IMG/VR virus record: IMGVR_UViG_3300028832_000097
Coordinates: 64,001-128,000 of that record
Strand: one strand, 5' to 3'
Length of the DNA stretch: 64,000 nucleotides
From: a virus
Taxonomy: Duplodnaviria; Caudoviricetes
Under the pieces are notes generated by a model. That model had not been told where the DNA came from. It searched no databases and worked only from the letters and a program-made list of their open reading frames with translations. The number at the start of each line of letters is the position of its first letter. Positions within the stretch are counted from its first letter, which is position 1. The position numbers were made by a program, and so were the translations under genes. Of the stretch, positions 1 to 8,864 are shown piece by piece.

Positions 1-1847
1 CAGAAATTCTCAGACCATTGATAATAGCTTTTGAAATTGTGCCCACCAACTAATCGGAGTGGTAGAAATACATCAGTAGGTCGATTTACTATAGGTGTGC
101 CTGTCATTGGTATCCAAGTTATTGTTTTAGTTTGACTTTTGTATATTCTAAGTAGCTGTTTACCTTGTTGAGAAGTATGTGAAGTGTTTTTGTGCACCTC
201 ATCTACAGCAATCATACCAATCTCACCATTATTGATTAACTTGATGATTTGATCCGCAATGGGGAAAGTTTTGCCTACTTTGTATCTAAGAGATTCTATA
301 TTAGTAATTAGGAAGAATGGAGCATCTTCATCTTCACCATATTTCTTCAGAGTTTGCAAATCTTCAAGTTTCTTAGCAGTTTCAGTATCATATCTAATCG
401 TTCCATTTCGCTTGTATCGGCTGCCTAAAATATATCCTTCATACTCTCCTCGAGTATGCTCTTCAATATCTTCCTTCCAATTATACTTTGAAGAATTAAC
501 GCAACATAATATGAGGCAATGTTTGATATGATATTGCTTTTTGTTGTAGATAGCCAAATTCATTACTTCTAGCGTTTTTCCGCAATTATGCACAATCATG
601 TTGTTACAAATAAAATTATGTATGGTAGGATGATCAATACTAATGTCCCAAACATGCTGCAAATTACAAGCTTCAATGGATACAATAGGTGATAACTTTG
701 GCACTAAATAAGTACGCTTACCTTTACGCTCAATGTAATCCAAATTGGTGTTGTACTGCGGAAGATTCTGTGTATAAGTGTCTTGATGCAACATAGCATG
801 TTCATGATGTGTTACCAGCTCTAGATTTTCAATGCGATTATCTGTTTTTATCCCGTTCTTATGATGAATAGCTTCAACTTTAATATCAACAACGTGTCCT
901 GTATGCTCATACCACACTTGATGGTGTTCATACACACCCATACCAGAAGTTTTTCTATATGTAGGCATATCACGCGTAGCTTCACCAAATAATCTAACAT
1001 ATCCGTCTTCATCAATTTTCTTAATTAACCCATTGTATTTAGTACCGTTGCGAGATTCATACATACAAGACCTGCAGTATCCATAAAATTTAGCATGAGG
1101 ATAAGATATTAGATTATCCGTAGCACCGCACAAGGGACAAGCTGCTTGTCCATTTGTGAATACTTTATCGCCAACAGTTAACTCTCCTGCAGCTATCCAC
1201 CCCCTATCAGTATAAATAAGATGATCTGCAGTACATTCCAAGGATGTGTCAGCAGTAGTTAACTTGATAGTAGATTTATATCCTTGATCTAAAACCCGGT
1301 TAATAGGTAAATATAAGAATTGCCCATTGGCCATGCATTTTATCTGAATAGTAGGATCTGCAGATAACAGACGATTAAGTGTAACAATTGTAACACGTCG
1401 CGTTGCAGGTTTCCCTTGTTCCTTTATGCATACTTCGCTATTGCCTGCAACACACCCTTGCTCATCCGCAAGGATAAATCCTCGCATGTTGCCTCTGAGC
1501 TGTCGATCAATTGCGAATTTCATGAAGTCTATCTGATGTGAATAGAGCTCACTACCTTCCTTGACATACATAGGTATCCTAGATATGTCAATATCAGGAA
1601 TTTTCAAAGTAGAATCTACTGTGCTGTTTATGTTGATTTCTTCATCAGAATGAATATCAAGTGAATTTTCATAGTTAGTCCCTCTAACCTGGTTCACTAG
1701 AAATCCTAATCTATCCTTTGGAATTGTCCAAACCTTCTTATCCGGTACCCAAGTACGTCCTGGTACCTGTTTAAGAATTTCGATAAATTGTACATCATAT
1801 CGAAATTTTAATTCGTATACATCATCATTTTGTACTACTGCAATCAT
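1..1847 (-). CDS. SNF2-family helicase with N-terminal HARP-like segment and an intein; runs off the left edge (absent from ORF track)
   Basis: Manual translation from ATG 1847 (ATGA overlap with the upstream gene): MIAVVQNDDVYELKFRYD...GRTWVPDKKVWTIP, LYSHQ, FILADEQG|intein|CGKT (motif I), AVDEVHK (motif II), MTGTPIVNRP (motif III). No stop down to position 1. Confidence 0.93.
   Translation of the reverse strand, partial: MIAVVQNDDVYELKFRYDVQFIEILKQVPGRTWVPDKKVWTIPKDRLGFLVNQVRGTNYENSLDIHSDEEININSTVDSTLKIPDIDISRIPMYVKEGSELYSHQIDFMKFAIDRQLRGNMRGFILADEQGCVAGNSEVCIKEQGKPATRRVTIVTLNRLLSADPTIQIKCMANGQFLYLPINRVLDQGYKSTIKLTTADTSLECTADHLIYTDRGWIAAGELTVGDKVFTNGQAACPLCGATDNLISYPHAKFYGYCRSCMYESRNGTKYNGLIKKIDEDGYVRLFGEATRDMPTYRKTSGMGVYEHHQVWYEHTGHVVDIKVEAIHHKNGIKTDNRIENLELVTHHEHAMLHQDTYTQNLPQYNTNLDYIERKGKRTYLVPKLSPIVSIEACNLQHVWDISIDHPTIHNFICNNMIVHNCGKTLEVMNLAIYNKKQYHIKHCLILCCVNSSKYNWKEDIEEHTRGEYEGYILGSRYKRNGTIRYDTETAKKLEDLQTLKKYGEDEDAPFFLITNIESLRYKVGKTFPIADQIIKLINNGEIGMIAVDEVHKNTSHTSQQGKQLLRIYKSQTKTITWIPMTGTPIVNRPTDVFLPLRLVGGHNFKSYYQWSENF
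585..1454 (-). mobile_element. Intein (290 aa) with Zn-finger and HNH homing endonuclease, inserted in helicase motif I
   Basis: Starts CVAGNSEV; block B LECTADHLIYTDRGW; CPLC..CRSC; IHHKNGIKTDNRIENL (HNH); ends HNFICNNMIVHN followed by Cys+1. Excision restores ADEQG-CGKT. Confidence 0.95.
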
Positions 1848-2149
1848 ATACGCACAAATGTATATCCGCTACGCTTCTTGCCGGTCTTCAAACTATCACT
1901 GACCTGTGCAGGGTCAATGCTATATGCTTTAGCAGCATCTGATTGTTTTTGGAAAATTTCACCAGTCTCGACACACTGTATTTGAGGTAACCGTCTATTC
2001 ATTGCCGCAGCAAGACTAATTATCTTGCCGTCTAACCTAAATTTGTATCCATTCTCTGACATCTGTTTCATATATGAATACGGAATATACTCCTCATAGA
2101 TAGTTGACATCTTGCACTGACCATCTGGACCAATAACCTCAAATTTCAT
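1844..2149 (-). CDS. Small protein with C-terminal NUMOD1-like DNA-binding helix-turn-helix
   Basis: IQCVETGEIFQKQSDAAKAY...SGYTF resembles the NUMOD1/IENR1 motif. Confidence 0.6.
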   Translation of the reverse strand: MKFEVIGPDGQCKMSTIYEEYIPYSYMKQMSENGYKFRLDGKIISLAAAMNRRLPQIQCVETGEIFQKQSDAAKAYSIDPAQVSDSLKTGKKRSGYTFVRI

Positions 2150-2293
2150 GTTAACATTCTCCTAAATAAACTATAATTAACGCGAAAAGTAACACTAAGA
2201 TCACCAATTGAAGTTTGATTACATACTTAGGTAACTTGTGCATACAATAACGATCCACCTTCTATACATTTCGCAACAACAATAACGATGCAC

Positions 2294-2323
2294 AAAAAAG
2301 CTGCAAGGTGTTACCCTTGCAGC
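2294..2323 (-). terminator. Rho-independent terminator
   Basis: Minus strand GCTGCAAGG-GTAACA-CCTTGCAGC-TTTTTT after the gene ending at 2353. Confidence 0.85.
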
Positions 2324-2352
2324 AGTGGAGGTACTTATCACGAAAGATGATA

Positions 2353-2787
2353 TCAGATATCAGAAGTTCTTGCAAAACCAAATGCAAATCCATCTTGACC
2401 TGCAACTTTAAAAGCGACCTTTGTAAAGTCACTGCTTGATGCAGACTCAATTATGATTACTGCACCGGAAATAGTTGTAAGATAGAAATCTACATTAGGT
2501 ACTTTATAGAGCTTTAGGTTGTCTACAACTTTAGAACTAGAAGCTTTCTCAGACTTCTTCTCCTCTACAGGTGCTGCAACCTCTTCTACCTTTTCTGCTT
2601 TCTTGGATTTCTTAGCCGGTTTAGGCTCTTCTACAGGTGCTTCGTCAGCTACCTCTGCAACTTCAGGCTCTGCGACAGGTGCTTCTGCAACAGCTTCCTC
2701 TGCAGGTGCTTCAGCTGCTAAAACTTCCTCTGCAGGAGATTCAACGATCTGCTCAGATTCATCAACAGTCTTTTTTGCTCTTGCCAT
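2353..2787 (-). CDS. Glu/Ala/Pro/Lys low-complexity protein with small C-terminal beta domain (possibly SH3-like)
   Basis: ORF with AGGAGG RBS; EAPAEEAVAEAP repeats. Confidence 0.7.
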   Translation of the reverse strand: MARAKKTVDESEQIVESPAEEVLAAEAPAEEAVAEAPVAEPEVAEVADEAPVEEPKPAKKSKKAEKVEEVAAPVEEKKSEKASSSKVVDNLKLYKVPNVDFYLTTISGAVIIIESASSSDFTKVAFKVAGQDGFAFGFARTSDI

Positions 2788-2802
2788 TGTTAATATTCCT
2801 CC

Positions 2803-3231
2803 TTAATGAATATAATCCCAGAGCAACTTTGTTAATATGCGTACTCGGGAATACTTATGTGAGTCTAATTGTGAATTGTATATGTATGTAAGGTTGTGTA
2901 CGTGCATACTGCTATTTATACTGGCGAGTACGCTGTTTCTCACATCAATGTCATAGATATCATTTAACCATAACCGTATACGCTCATCACGTTTTTCGGA
3001 TTCTGATTTATAATTTATTATAGATCGTGGTTTATCACCAGTTAACAACCACGAGAGCGCCTCCGCATGAGATATATTACCGCAATACAGATTAGATAGT
3101 GCACGGGCCTGAGCGCCAATGATACTAACTGCACCATATTTACCTACAGCTTCGCATACTTGTGTATAATATTCGTTGTTTGTCCAATAATCCATATTTC
3201 CGCGCACATAGTAATTAAAGGAATGTATCAA
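2803..3231 (-). CDS. Hypothetical protein
   Basis: ORF in minus-strand operon, overlapping the upstream gene end. Confidence 0.6.
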   Translation of the reverse strand: MIHSFNYYVRGNMDYWTNNEYYTQVCEAVGKYGAVSIIGAQARALSNLYCGNISHAEALSWLLTGDKPRSIINYKSESEKRDERIRLWLNDIYDIDVRNSVLASINSSMHVHNLTYIYNSQLDSHKYSRVRILTKLLWDYIH

Positions 3232-3592
3232 TGTTATCAGTTACTTCTGGAAAATGATCTTTAGTAAATTTAACGAGTCGCTTATGAAATTCGTCTACGT
3301 TAGTAATGTGTTTTTCCGGTTCAATTCCGCGATTTCCTTCACCGGGTAAAAGAAATGTAATATCAGAATACCCACCATCGGCATCTTCTAGATATCGAAC
3401 CTTGAACAAGACCTTAGACTTATCTATAGGTACACCGGCTCGATTACACGGCATGACCTTTGCAACAATATGACCATCTGAAGTTATCTCAGGAGTATCC
3501 AACAAGAATCCGCCCTTCTTTAGTTGATATGAAAGTTTATTGAATCCTTGTCTAAGTTGCTTGATAGTTTTGGTTAGTGCAGTTAATGACAT
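3215..3592 (-). CDS. Hypothetical protein
   Basis: ORF with AGGAG RBS. Confidence 0.7.
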   Translation of the reverse strand: MSLTALTKTIKQLRQGFNKLSYQLKKGGFLLDTPEITSDGHIVAKVMPCNRAGVPIDKSKVLFKVRYLEDADGGYSDITFLLPGEGNRGIEPEKHITNVDEFHKRLVKFTKDHFPEVTDNIDTFL

Positions 3593-3612
3593 CTTTATGC
3601 TCCTATAATAGA

Positions 3613-3653
3613 GTAACAGCCGGGCCCTGAAACATCCAGAACTCGGCTGTTAC
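3613..3653 (-). terminator. Terminator-like hairpin
   Basis: GTAACAGCCGAG...CCCGGCTGTTAC inverted repeat after the gene ending at 3678. Confidence 0.7.
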
Positions 3654-3677
3654 AATTATTCAAAAGGCAGATAAAAA

Positions 3678-4082
3678 TTACTTTCTAATAGCCCTTCTAG
3701 CAGCTCTACGAGCAGCTGTTGAAGCTTTAACAGCTCTGCGAGCAGTTCCCTTTGTAGAAGCCTTGATAGCCTTCTTACCAAGAACCTTTGTAGAAGCTTC
3801 GAGGAGCTCCTCATCACCTTCAGGTGATACTGTGAACTCGTCCTCGCCTACTGCGAATGTAACAGTGCCGTCATCCTCAACTGTAACGTCAACAGGCTCA
3901 CCAGCGATCTCAGCTACGAGCTCAGCAACATCCTCAGTCTCGAAAAGAAGCTCTGTAGCAGCTTCGTCAACTGTGATTTCGTCCTCTTCGATGTCTACGT
4001 CTACATCCTCAACAGGTGCATCAACATTAACATCAATCTCTTCATCTGCAACGATACGCTTACGATTCTTTGAAATGAACAT
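3678..4082 (-). CDS. Acidic prohead core/scaffold-like protein
   Basis: Acidic body, basic tail and repeated IVAD/LEAS/IKAS/VKAS motifs like those in the capsid propeptide; adjacent to the neck gene. Confidence 0.55.
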   Translation of the reverse strand: MFISKNRKRIVADEEIDVNVDAPVEDVDVDIEEDEITVDEAATELLFETEDVAELVAEIAGEPVDVTVEDDGTVTFAVGEDEFTVSPEGDEELLEASTKVLGKKAIKASTKGTARRAVKASTAARRAARRAIRK

Positions 4083-4128
4083 TGTAGTAATCTCCTTATA
4101 CTTATTTTTTTTATAGTTGTATACTTAT

Positions 4129-4839
4129 TTAGTTAAGAACAACAAGCTTCTGCTTATGTGTTTCTAACTCTTGTCTAATAGCTTCAAGTTCCGCATTAGC
4201 TTCGGCTAATAATGCTTCGCCATCTAAAGATACATTAGACCCTTCTACTGTATATTTAGATCTTGCTCGACCTAAAGCTTTTTTCAAATTTGCTTCGCTC
4301 ATCCTGACTAGATAGTTTATCCAAGTTTCATTCTGTATTTCAGATACATCTTGATAATCGGGTACATATCTAATTGTGACAGAAGCAGGCCTAGGATCTC
4401 TGTGAGTAATATAAACCACATCATTATGTGGATCATATTTCCATTGAAAGTCTGTGCTTAATGTATTTCTAACTTGTGCCATCGCCATCTCGGTCATAAT
4501 TGGGTCGATATTCAACGACGATGTATTTCCTATAGCACTATAGACGTTGACTGATGCAGCAACTTGAAATACATTGCCGCTATCAATAGAGCTCATTGTC
4601 AGACCTAATCTTGGAATTGCAGCTTGTACGTACAGTACTTGTTTAGTTACAATTCCTGCATCTTTAAGAACAATTCTGGTACTAAAAGGTACTGTCTTTT
4701 CTACAGGATCTCTCATGTACCGTTTGAGTTCTCTAAACGCAATTAAAACTGCTTTCTCAGGATCTAAGCATTCTACATTATCTACAGCAGGTTGCCCTAA
4801 CATGAATGTAACTTGATCTACGATCTCTGCCATATCCAT
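4129..4839 (-). CDS. Neck/head-completion protein (T4 gp13-like)
   Basis: C-terminal ANLKKALGRARSKY...VSLDGEALLAEANAELEAI pattern typical of gp13-type neck proteins. Confidence 0.7.
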   Translation of the reverse strand: MDMAEIVDQVTFMLGQPAVDNVECLDPEKAVLIAFRELKRYMRDPVEKTVPFSTRIVLKDAGIVTKQVLYVQAAIPRLGLTMSSIDSGNVFQVAASVNVYSAIGNTSSLNIDPIMTEMAMAQVRNTLSTDFQWKYDPHNDVVYITHRDPRPASVTIRYVPDYQDVSEIQNETWINYLVRMSEANLKKALGRARSKYTVEGSNVSLDGEALLAEANAELEAIRQELETHKQKLVVLN

Positions 4840-4880
4840 ATCAAGGTCAACCTCCTAGAAGATAAATGTGTTTTAGATTA

Positions 4881-5633
4881 TCAGGCCTCAGGTGCAAGAA
4901 CTAACTGACTCAAATCAATTGTTTGAGTTGTTTCTTTACCTTCAAAAGTTGTAATGATTTTGAAAGTAAACTCATCAGTAACGATCCATACACCATTGAG
5001 ATCCTCATCTAGCTCAGTCGGATTTTTGATCCCTGCTTTAACAGTAACACCTTCAGGTACATTACCAAACTGTAACGCGATGAAGTTGCCAGGCATTCCA
5101 AATGCATCTACTACGTCACCTTCAGATACATAATTAAGTGTTCCAGTTGCTACACCATCTTTGATCGTGATTGACTGCAGGTCTGCAGGATTGATATTAT
5201 AACTATCAACATGCAATATAGATGTTGCAGGTTGCGCGGAGATATTGATAACCAATTCCCCATACTCTTTATCACCAATCTTTGTGTAGTAGCCTTGATC
5301 AGCTAAATTAGTAGCCATCTGTGACCAATAAAGCTCTTCTTCATATCCACTGATTTCAAATGCAACGCCTTTATTGTAGCCACCTACTAATTGTGTATTA
5401 GCATAACTGATTACAGCGCGTTCAAATTGAGCAAATTTAGCATTAGTTGATGCCATAGGCAATAACCCTGCAAGCTTTCCCCAACCTTCTACATTAGTAT
5501 CATAGATAGTACCTGCATAAATAGCAGAATCTACATATGAATCATCAGGGAGAAAAATCCTAGCGATATTGGAACCAACCCGGATAATTTGTTTGATAGG
5601 TCCGTTGTATATGATTTTTACGTCGGTTGCCAT
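4881..5633 (-). CDS. Virion protein, paralog of 5645-6055 with an extra C-terminal beta-rich domain
   Basis: N-terminal ~125 aa aligns with 5645-6055 (VKIIY.G, RIF.P..SYVDSA, IY.TNVEG.G.LAGL.PMAST, FEQA/FERA, GYE.ELYW.Q). Confidence 0.65.
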   Translation of the reverse strand: MATDVKIIYNGPIKQIIRVGSNIARIFLPDDSYVDSAIYAGTIYDTNVEGWGKLAGLLPMASTNAKFAQFERAVISYANTQLVGGYNKGVAFEISGYEEELYWSQMATNLADQGYYTKIGDKEYGELVINISAQPATSILHVDSYNINPADLQSITIKDGVATGTLNYVSEGDVVDAFGMPGNFIALQFGNVPEGVTVKAGIKNPTELDEDLNGVWIVTDEFTFKIITTFEGKETTQTIDLSQLVLAPEA

Positions 5634-5644
5634 ATCATGTTACC

Positions 5645-6055
5645 TCACGCGGGCTCAATGCCGTACTTATTGCTACCAACTTCGATGTAGAAGCCCTGCT
5701 GCCACATATTAGCAGCAATCTGATTCCAATAGAGCTCATCCTCATATCCGTCGATGCTGAATGTGATTCCATCATCGCCTGCAAGAATAGCCTGCTCGAA
5801 CTCAGCAAACTTAACTGTTGTAGATGCCATAGGTGCAAGACCTGCAAGAGCGCCAAGACCCTCTACGTTTGTAGCGTAGATGGACTTACCGTATGTACCC
5901 TCATCACCTACTGCGTCTGCGTTAGCGTAGCCCTCAACAAATACTGCAGAATCAACATAAGAATTGTTAGGAACAAAAATTCTTGAGATGCTGGAACCTG
6001 CACGTACAATGTCAACAACTGTGCCTGTGTAAATAATCTTTACAGTAGTAGCCAT
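5645..6055 (-). CDS. Probable abundant virion (head decoration-like) protein
   Basis: Strong AGGAGGAG RBS, putative late promoter upstream, paralog downstream. Confidence 0.55.
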   Translation of the reverse strand: MATTVKIIYTGTVVDIVRAGSSISRIFVPNNSYVDSAVFVEGYANADAVGDEGTYGKSIYATNVEGLGALAGLAPMASTTVKFAEFEQAILAGDDGITFSIDGYEDELYWNQIAANMWQQGFYIEVGSNKYGIEPA

Positions 6056-6113
6056 GTAATAGCTCCTCCTTCTTGTAATAATATAGATATCTCACCCTCT
6101 ATTTATTACAATT

Positions 6114-6284
6114 TCATATAAGGTTAGGTAACTTAAGTGGGATTCCACATATGAAACATCTATCAGGTTCACCAGAAACAATTTTAGTTCTATTTTTACA
6201 GATAGGGCACTGTAATTCTTTATAAGACACGCCTGATGTAGTCTTATTGATACTCAAAATCACCCATTGGTATGGTACATCCAT
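6114..6284 (-). CDS. 56-aa Zn-ribbon protein (not in ORF track)
   Basis: MDVPYQW...CPICKN...CFICGIP; GAGGAG RBS at 6290-6295. Confidence 0.7.
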   Translation of the reverse strand: MDVPYQWVILSINKTTSGVSYKELQCPICKNRTKIVSGEPDRCFICGIPLKLPNLI

Positions 6285-6424
6285 CTATGCTCCTCATTTA
6301 TGTGTTGTTGTATTGTATATACTAGTTCATACGGATCAGATTCTGAAAGGATGACCATACCAATAGATGCTGCAAAGAACAATATTAGTAACCATATTAT
6401 TACAGCATCTTGGATCAATTTCAT
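6260..6424 (-). CDS. Small membrane protein
   Basis: MKLIQDAVIIWLLILFFAASIGMVIL hydrophobic helix; start re-assigned to follow the upstream stop. Confidence 0.55.
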   Translation of the reverse strand: MKLIQDAVIIWLLILFFAASIGMVILSESDPYELVYTIQQHINEEHRWMYHTNG

Positions 6425-6425
6425 A

Positions 6426-6599
6426 TTAGATAGATTCAGTCTCAGGCATCGCAATAGGAACTCGATATTCAATATCTGCACCACAATTAGCACAATGGCA
6501 TACATGCACAATACCAGCACCATCATATCCATAATCTTCAAAATCAAAATCGTTGTCCCATATTACAGATTTATTTCCGCAATGAAAACATTCATACAT
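6426..6599 (-). CDS. 57-aa Zn-ribbon protein (not in ORF track)
   Basis: MYECFHCGNKSVIWDND...CHCANCGADIEY; GAGG RBS. Confidence 0.75.
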   Translation of the reverse strand: MYECFHCGNKSVIWDNDFDFEDYGYDGAGIVHVCHCANCGADIEYRVPIAMPETESI

Positions 6600-6617
6600 A
6601 GTTAATTTACCTCACTG

Positions 6618-6866
6618 TTAATTTTCCGGTGTAACGGGATCAGATGTAGAACCAGGATCGTCTGTTGTAAATTGTGTATCCATGTGCTCAGCGAGCTCTA
6701 GTATACTTATTGCAAATATTCTCAACATCTTTATAGGATCTCGATGTTTAGCAACTGCAATACCGGTGATAGTTTGTACACAAGATAATTCAAGGTCCTC
6801 TATAGTTTTAGCTAAACTTATTCGGTCTAAATTATCTAGTATGTCCCTAAATTCATCGTCAGTCAT
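6618..6866 (-). CDS. Hypothetical protein
   Basis: ORF in operon. Confidence 0.6.
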   Translation of the reverse strand: MTDDEFRDILDNLDRISLAKTIEDLELSCVQTITGIAVAKHRDPIKMLRIFAISILELAEHMDTQFTTDDPGSTSDPVTPEN

Positions 6867-6883
6867 AATAGATTACCTTATAA

Positions 6884-7162
6884 TTATGTTATAATCTTAG
6901 GTTTTGTAACTTCTGGATGTACTAACTTTATTTTAGCTATCATCTTCTCAAGCATATCAATAGAATCCGCAGGATTATTAACAAGTACATCTACATCATC
7001 TGCAAGACCTATTACAAGATTATCTGGAAAACTAGCTTGTAGCGTCTGAAAGGTATATTGTACATTATCTGGCAACATGGTTTCCTTGAATCGAAATAGG
7101 ATCACATCATCATTGGCAACTTTGATTGTACTTATGGCCTGTTTTAATTCATCGTGGGTCAT
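6884..7162 (-). CDS. Hypothetical protein
   Basis: Start re-assigned to ATG 7162 (GGAGG at 7171-7175); class-A promoter motif at 7185-7193. Confidence 0.65.
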   Translation of the reverse strand: MTHDELKQAISTIKVANDDVILFRFKETMLPDNVQYTFQTLQASFPDNLVIGLADDVDVLVNNPADSIDMLEKMIAKIKLVHPEVTKPKIIT

Positions 7163-7203
7163 AGTTAACACCTCCTCGTCATCTATAACGATTCCATAGA
7201 TGT

Positions 7204-7233
7204 AAAATAGCTTGATACAAAAGTACCAAGCTG
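7204..7233 (-). terminator. Rho-independent terminator closing the leader-peptide gene cluster
   Basis: CAGCTTGGTAC-TTTT-GTATCAAGCT-ATTTT. Confidence 0.7.
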
Positions 7234-7279
7234 TGTAAGTATGTGATTTAGCAACACATTACCAACAACCAATTAGCTG

Positions 7280-7579
7280 TTAATCTTTACGATACAGCCC
7301 GTGTGTATGCTCCGGCAGGTAGTACACAATATCCTGATACATTGCTTGCCAATCAATGCTACTATACGCATTAGACAGTGCACGTCCAATAACAGTACGA
7401 AGTTCATAATCCGGAATGTTTTTCAACAATTTAGAAAATACGAATTCTCGAATTTCTTTATCAGTGTACTGCGGAATGTCCTTGGGTGCATCAGAATCTA
7501 CATACATACTAGGGTTGTTAGAAGAATCTGAAGATATGATTATACAACTATTAGGGTGTTTTGTAAATGTACGTTTCAT
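7280..7579 (-). CDS. Leader-tagged small protein (putative capsid cargo)
   Basis: N-terminus MKRTFTKHPNSCIIISS. Confidence 0.7.
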   Translation of the reverse strand: MKRTFTKHPNSCIIISSDSSNNPSMYVDSDAPKDIPQYTDKEIREFVFSKLLKNIPDYELRTVIGRALSNAYSSIDWQAMYQDIVYYLPEHTHGLYRKD

Positions 7580-7587
7580 AGCTCCTC

Positions 7588-7905
7588 TTAGTCCTCTATT
7601 CTAGTATAATCACCTGCTTGAATACCTTTAACTTGTCTTTCATAAGTACTCATAGCAACATGCACAGCTTCGTTAAGTTGTTTAGAAGCTTGTAAGAGTT
7701 GATGGGCTTTATCGGAATCTCCGGCATTATGTGCTTCTACGTAAGTATCCCATACAATATCAGAATCTGAATACTGTACAAAATTATATAATGTCATCTC
7801 AGCATCTTTTAGATTCTGCCAAATATCGTCCCAGGTCACTCCGTCAATACTAGAAGCTGCAATAACTTTTTGGTTTGCAGGTCGAGTAGTAAATTGTCGT
7901 TTCAT
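7588..7905 (-). CDS. Leader-tagged small protein (putative capsid cargo)
   Basis: N-terminus MKRQFTTRPANQKVIAASS. Confidence 0.7.
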   Translation of the reverse strand: MKRQFTTRPANQKVIAASSIDGVTWDDIWQNLKDAEMTLYNFVQYSDSDIVWDTYVEAHNAGDSDKAHQLLQASKQLNEAVHVAMSTYERQVKGIQAGDYTRIED

Positions 7906-7928
7906 TTTTTATGTCCTCCGGTTACAAG

Positions 7929-8378
7929 TTATCTAGATTGAAGTTCCTTCTTTGCAAGTGCCCTAACTCCACGATACTTACTAGCTTCTGCTTCGGTTTC
8001 TAATATTGAATATGGAGTATTAGGGTTTGTTATCACAGCTCGAACTATGAGTTCATTTGAATCTTTGTATTCGTCCCAAATATCAATAAGTATATCTGCA
8101 GGTGTATTTATATTTCCAGCAATACTTTCGTTTAATTTAAAAGAATCAAATTCAGTCTGCGTAGCTAAGTAAGTTAAAAATTCTGGATCCTTTGAATAAG
8201 CTGCAGAGTACAGAATTGCGTTGACAACAGCTGTACGAGGACCTGTAGTAGAATCCTGCAAGATGTACCCAAAACCTTGTTCCTCAAGTCTACGGATCAA
8301 TTCACTAGAAAATGTGGTAGGATTCAATATAGATGCTTCAATGTTGTTATTGGGATACGTAGTAAATGTTCGTTTCAT
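7929..8378 (-). CDS. Leader-tagged protein with leucine-rich-variant/HEAT-like repeats
   Basis: N-terminus MKRTFTTYPNNNIEAS; repeats IAGNINTPADIL and VITNPNTPYSIL. Confidence 0.7.
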   Translation of the reverse strand: MKRTFTTYPNNNIEASILNPTTFSSELIRRLEEQGFGYILQDSTTGPRTAVVNAILYSAAYSKDPEFLTYLATQTEFDSFKLNESIAGNINTPADILIDIWDEYKDSNELIVRAVITNPNTPYSILETEAEASKYRGVRALAKKELQSR

Positions 8379-8381
8379 GTA

Positions 8382-8864
8382 TTATTCCTCGTCTTCATTC
8401 TCATCTTCGTCAGGTATTCTTATCTGTATTGACCAATTCCATACATATGATCCCGCAAGATCTTTAGACATTTTCCACTCTTCTGCAACATCTTCAACTT
8501 TTTGATTGTAATCGCTGTAACCGCCACATTCATCAAGAAATTCGAATATTTCAGGCTCAAGACTCGTATCGTATTCAAAGACCTGAAGATAATTAGTAAA
8601 TTTAGCAAAGTCGTTGAAGCATCCTAACCCAGTTAATTCTGCTTCATAGTCACGGGCCCATTCATCACCTCGAAGATCCTCTAAATCATGAAGTAGATCT
8701 TGATAATCGTCATAACTAAGATCTAGCTCACTTGCTAAATAGTATGCCCAATCATCTGCATCGTATTCGTTAAGAGACTTAGAATCAAATCCATATGGCT
8801 GTACATCTTCCTGCCAAGACGCCTTTACATAAGATGAGGGGAGTTTCGTGAATTGTTTTTTCAT
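8382..8864 (-). CDS. Leader-tagged highly acidic protein
   Basis: N-terminus MKKQFTKLPSSYVKAS; Asp/Glu-rich body. Confidence 0.7.
   Translation of the reverse strand: MKKQFTKLPSSYVKASWQEDVQPYGFDSKSLNEYDADDWAYYLASELDLSYDDYQDLLHDLEDLRGDEWARDYEAELTGLGCFNDFAKFTNYLQVFEYDTSLEPEIFEFLDECGGYSDYNQKVEDVAEEWKMSKDLAGSYVWNWSIQIRIPDEDENEDEE

Noticed and set aside
6260-6547. 95-aa ORF as given in the track
   Set aside because: Its 5' half overlaps a better-supported Zn-ribbon gene (6426-6599); the start was moved to 6424.
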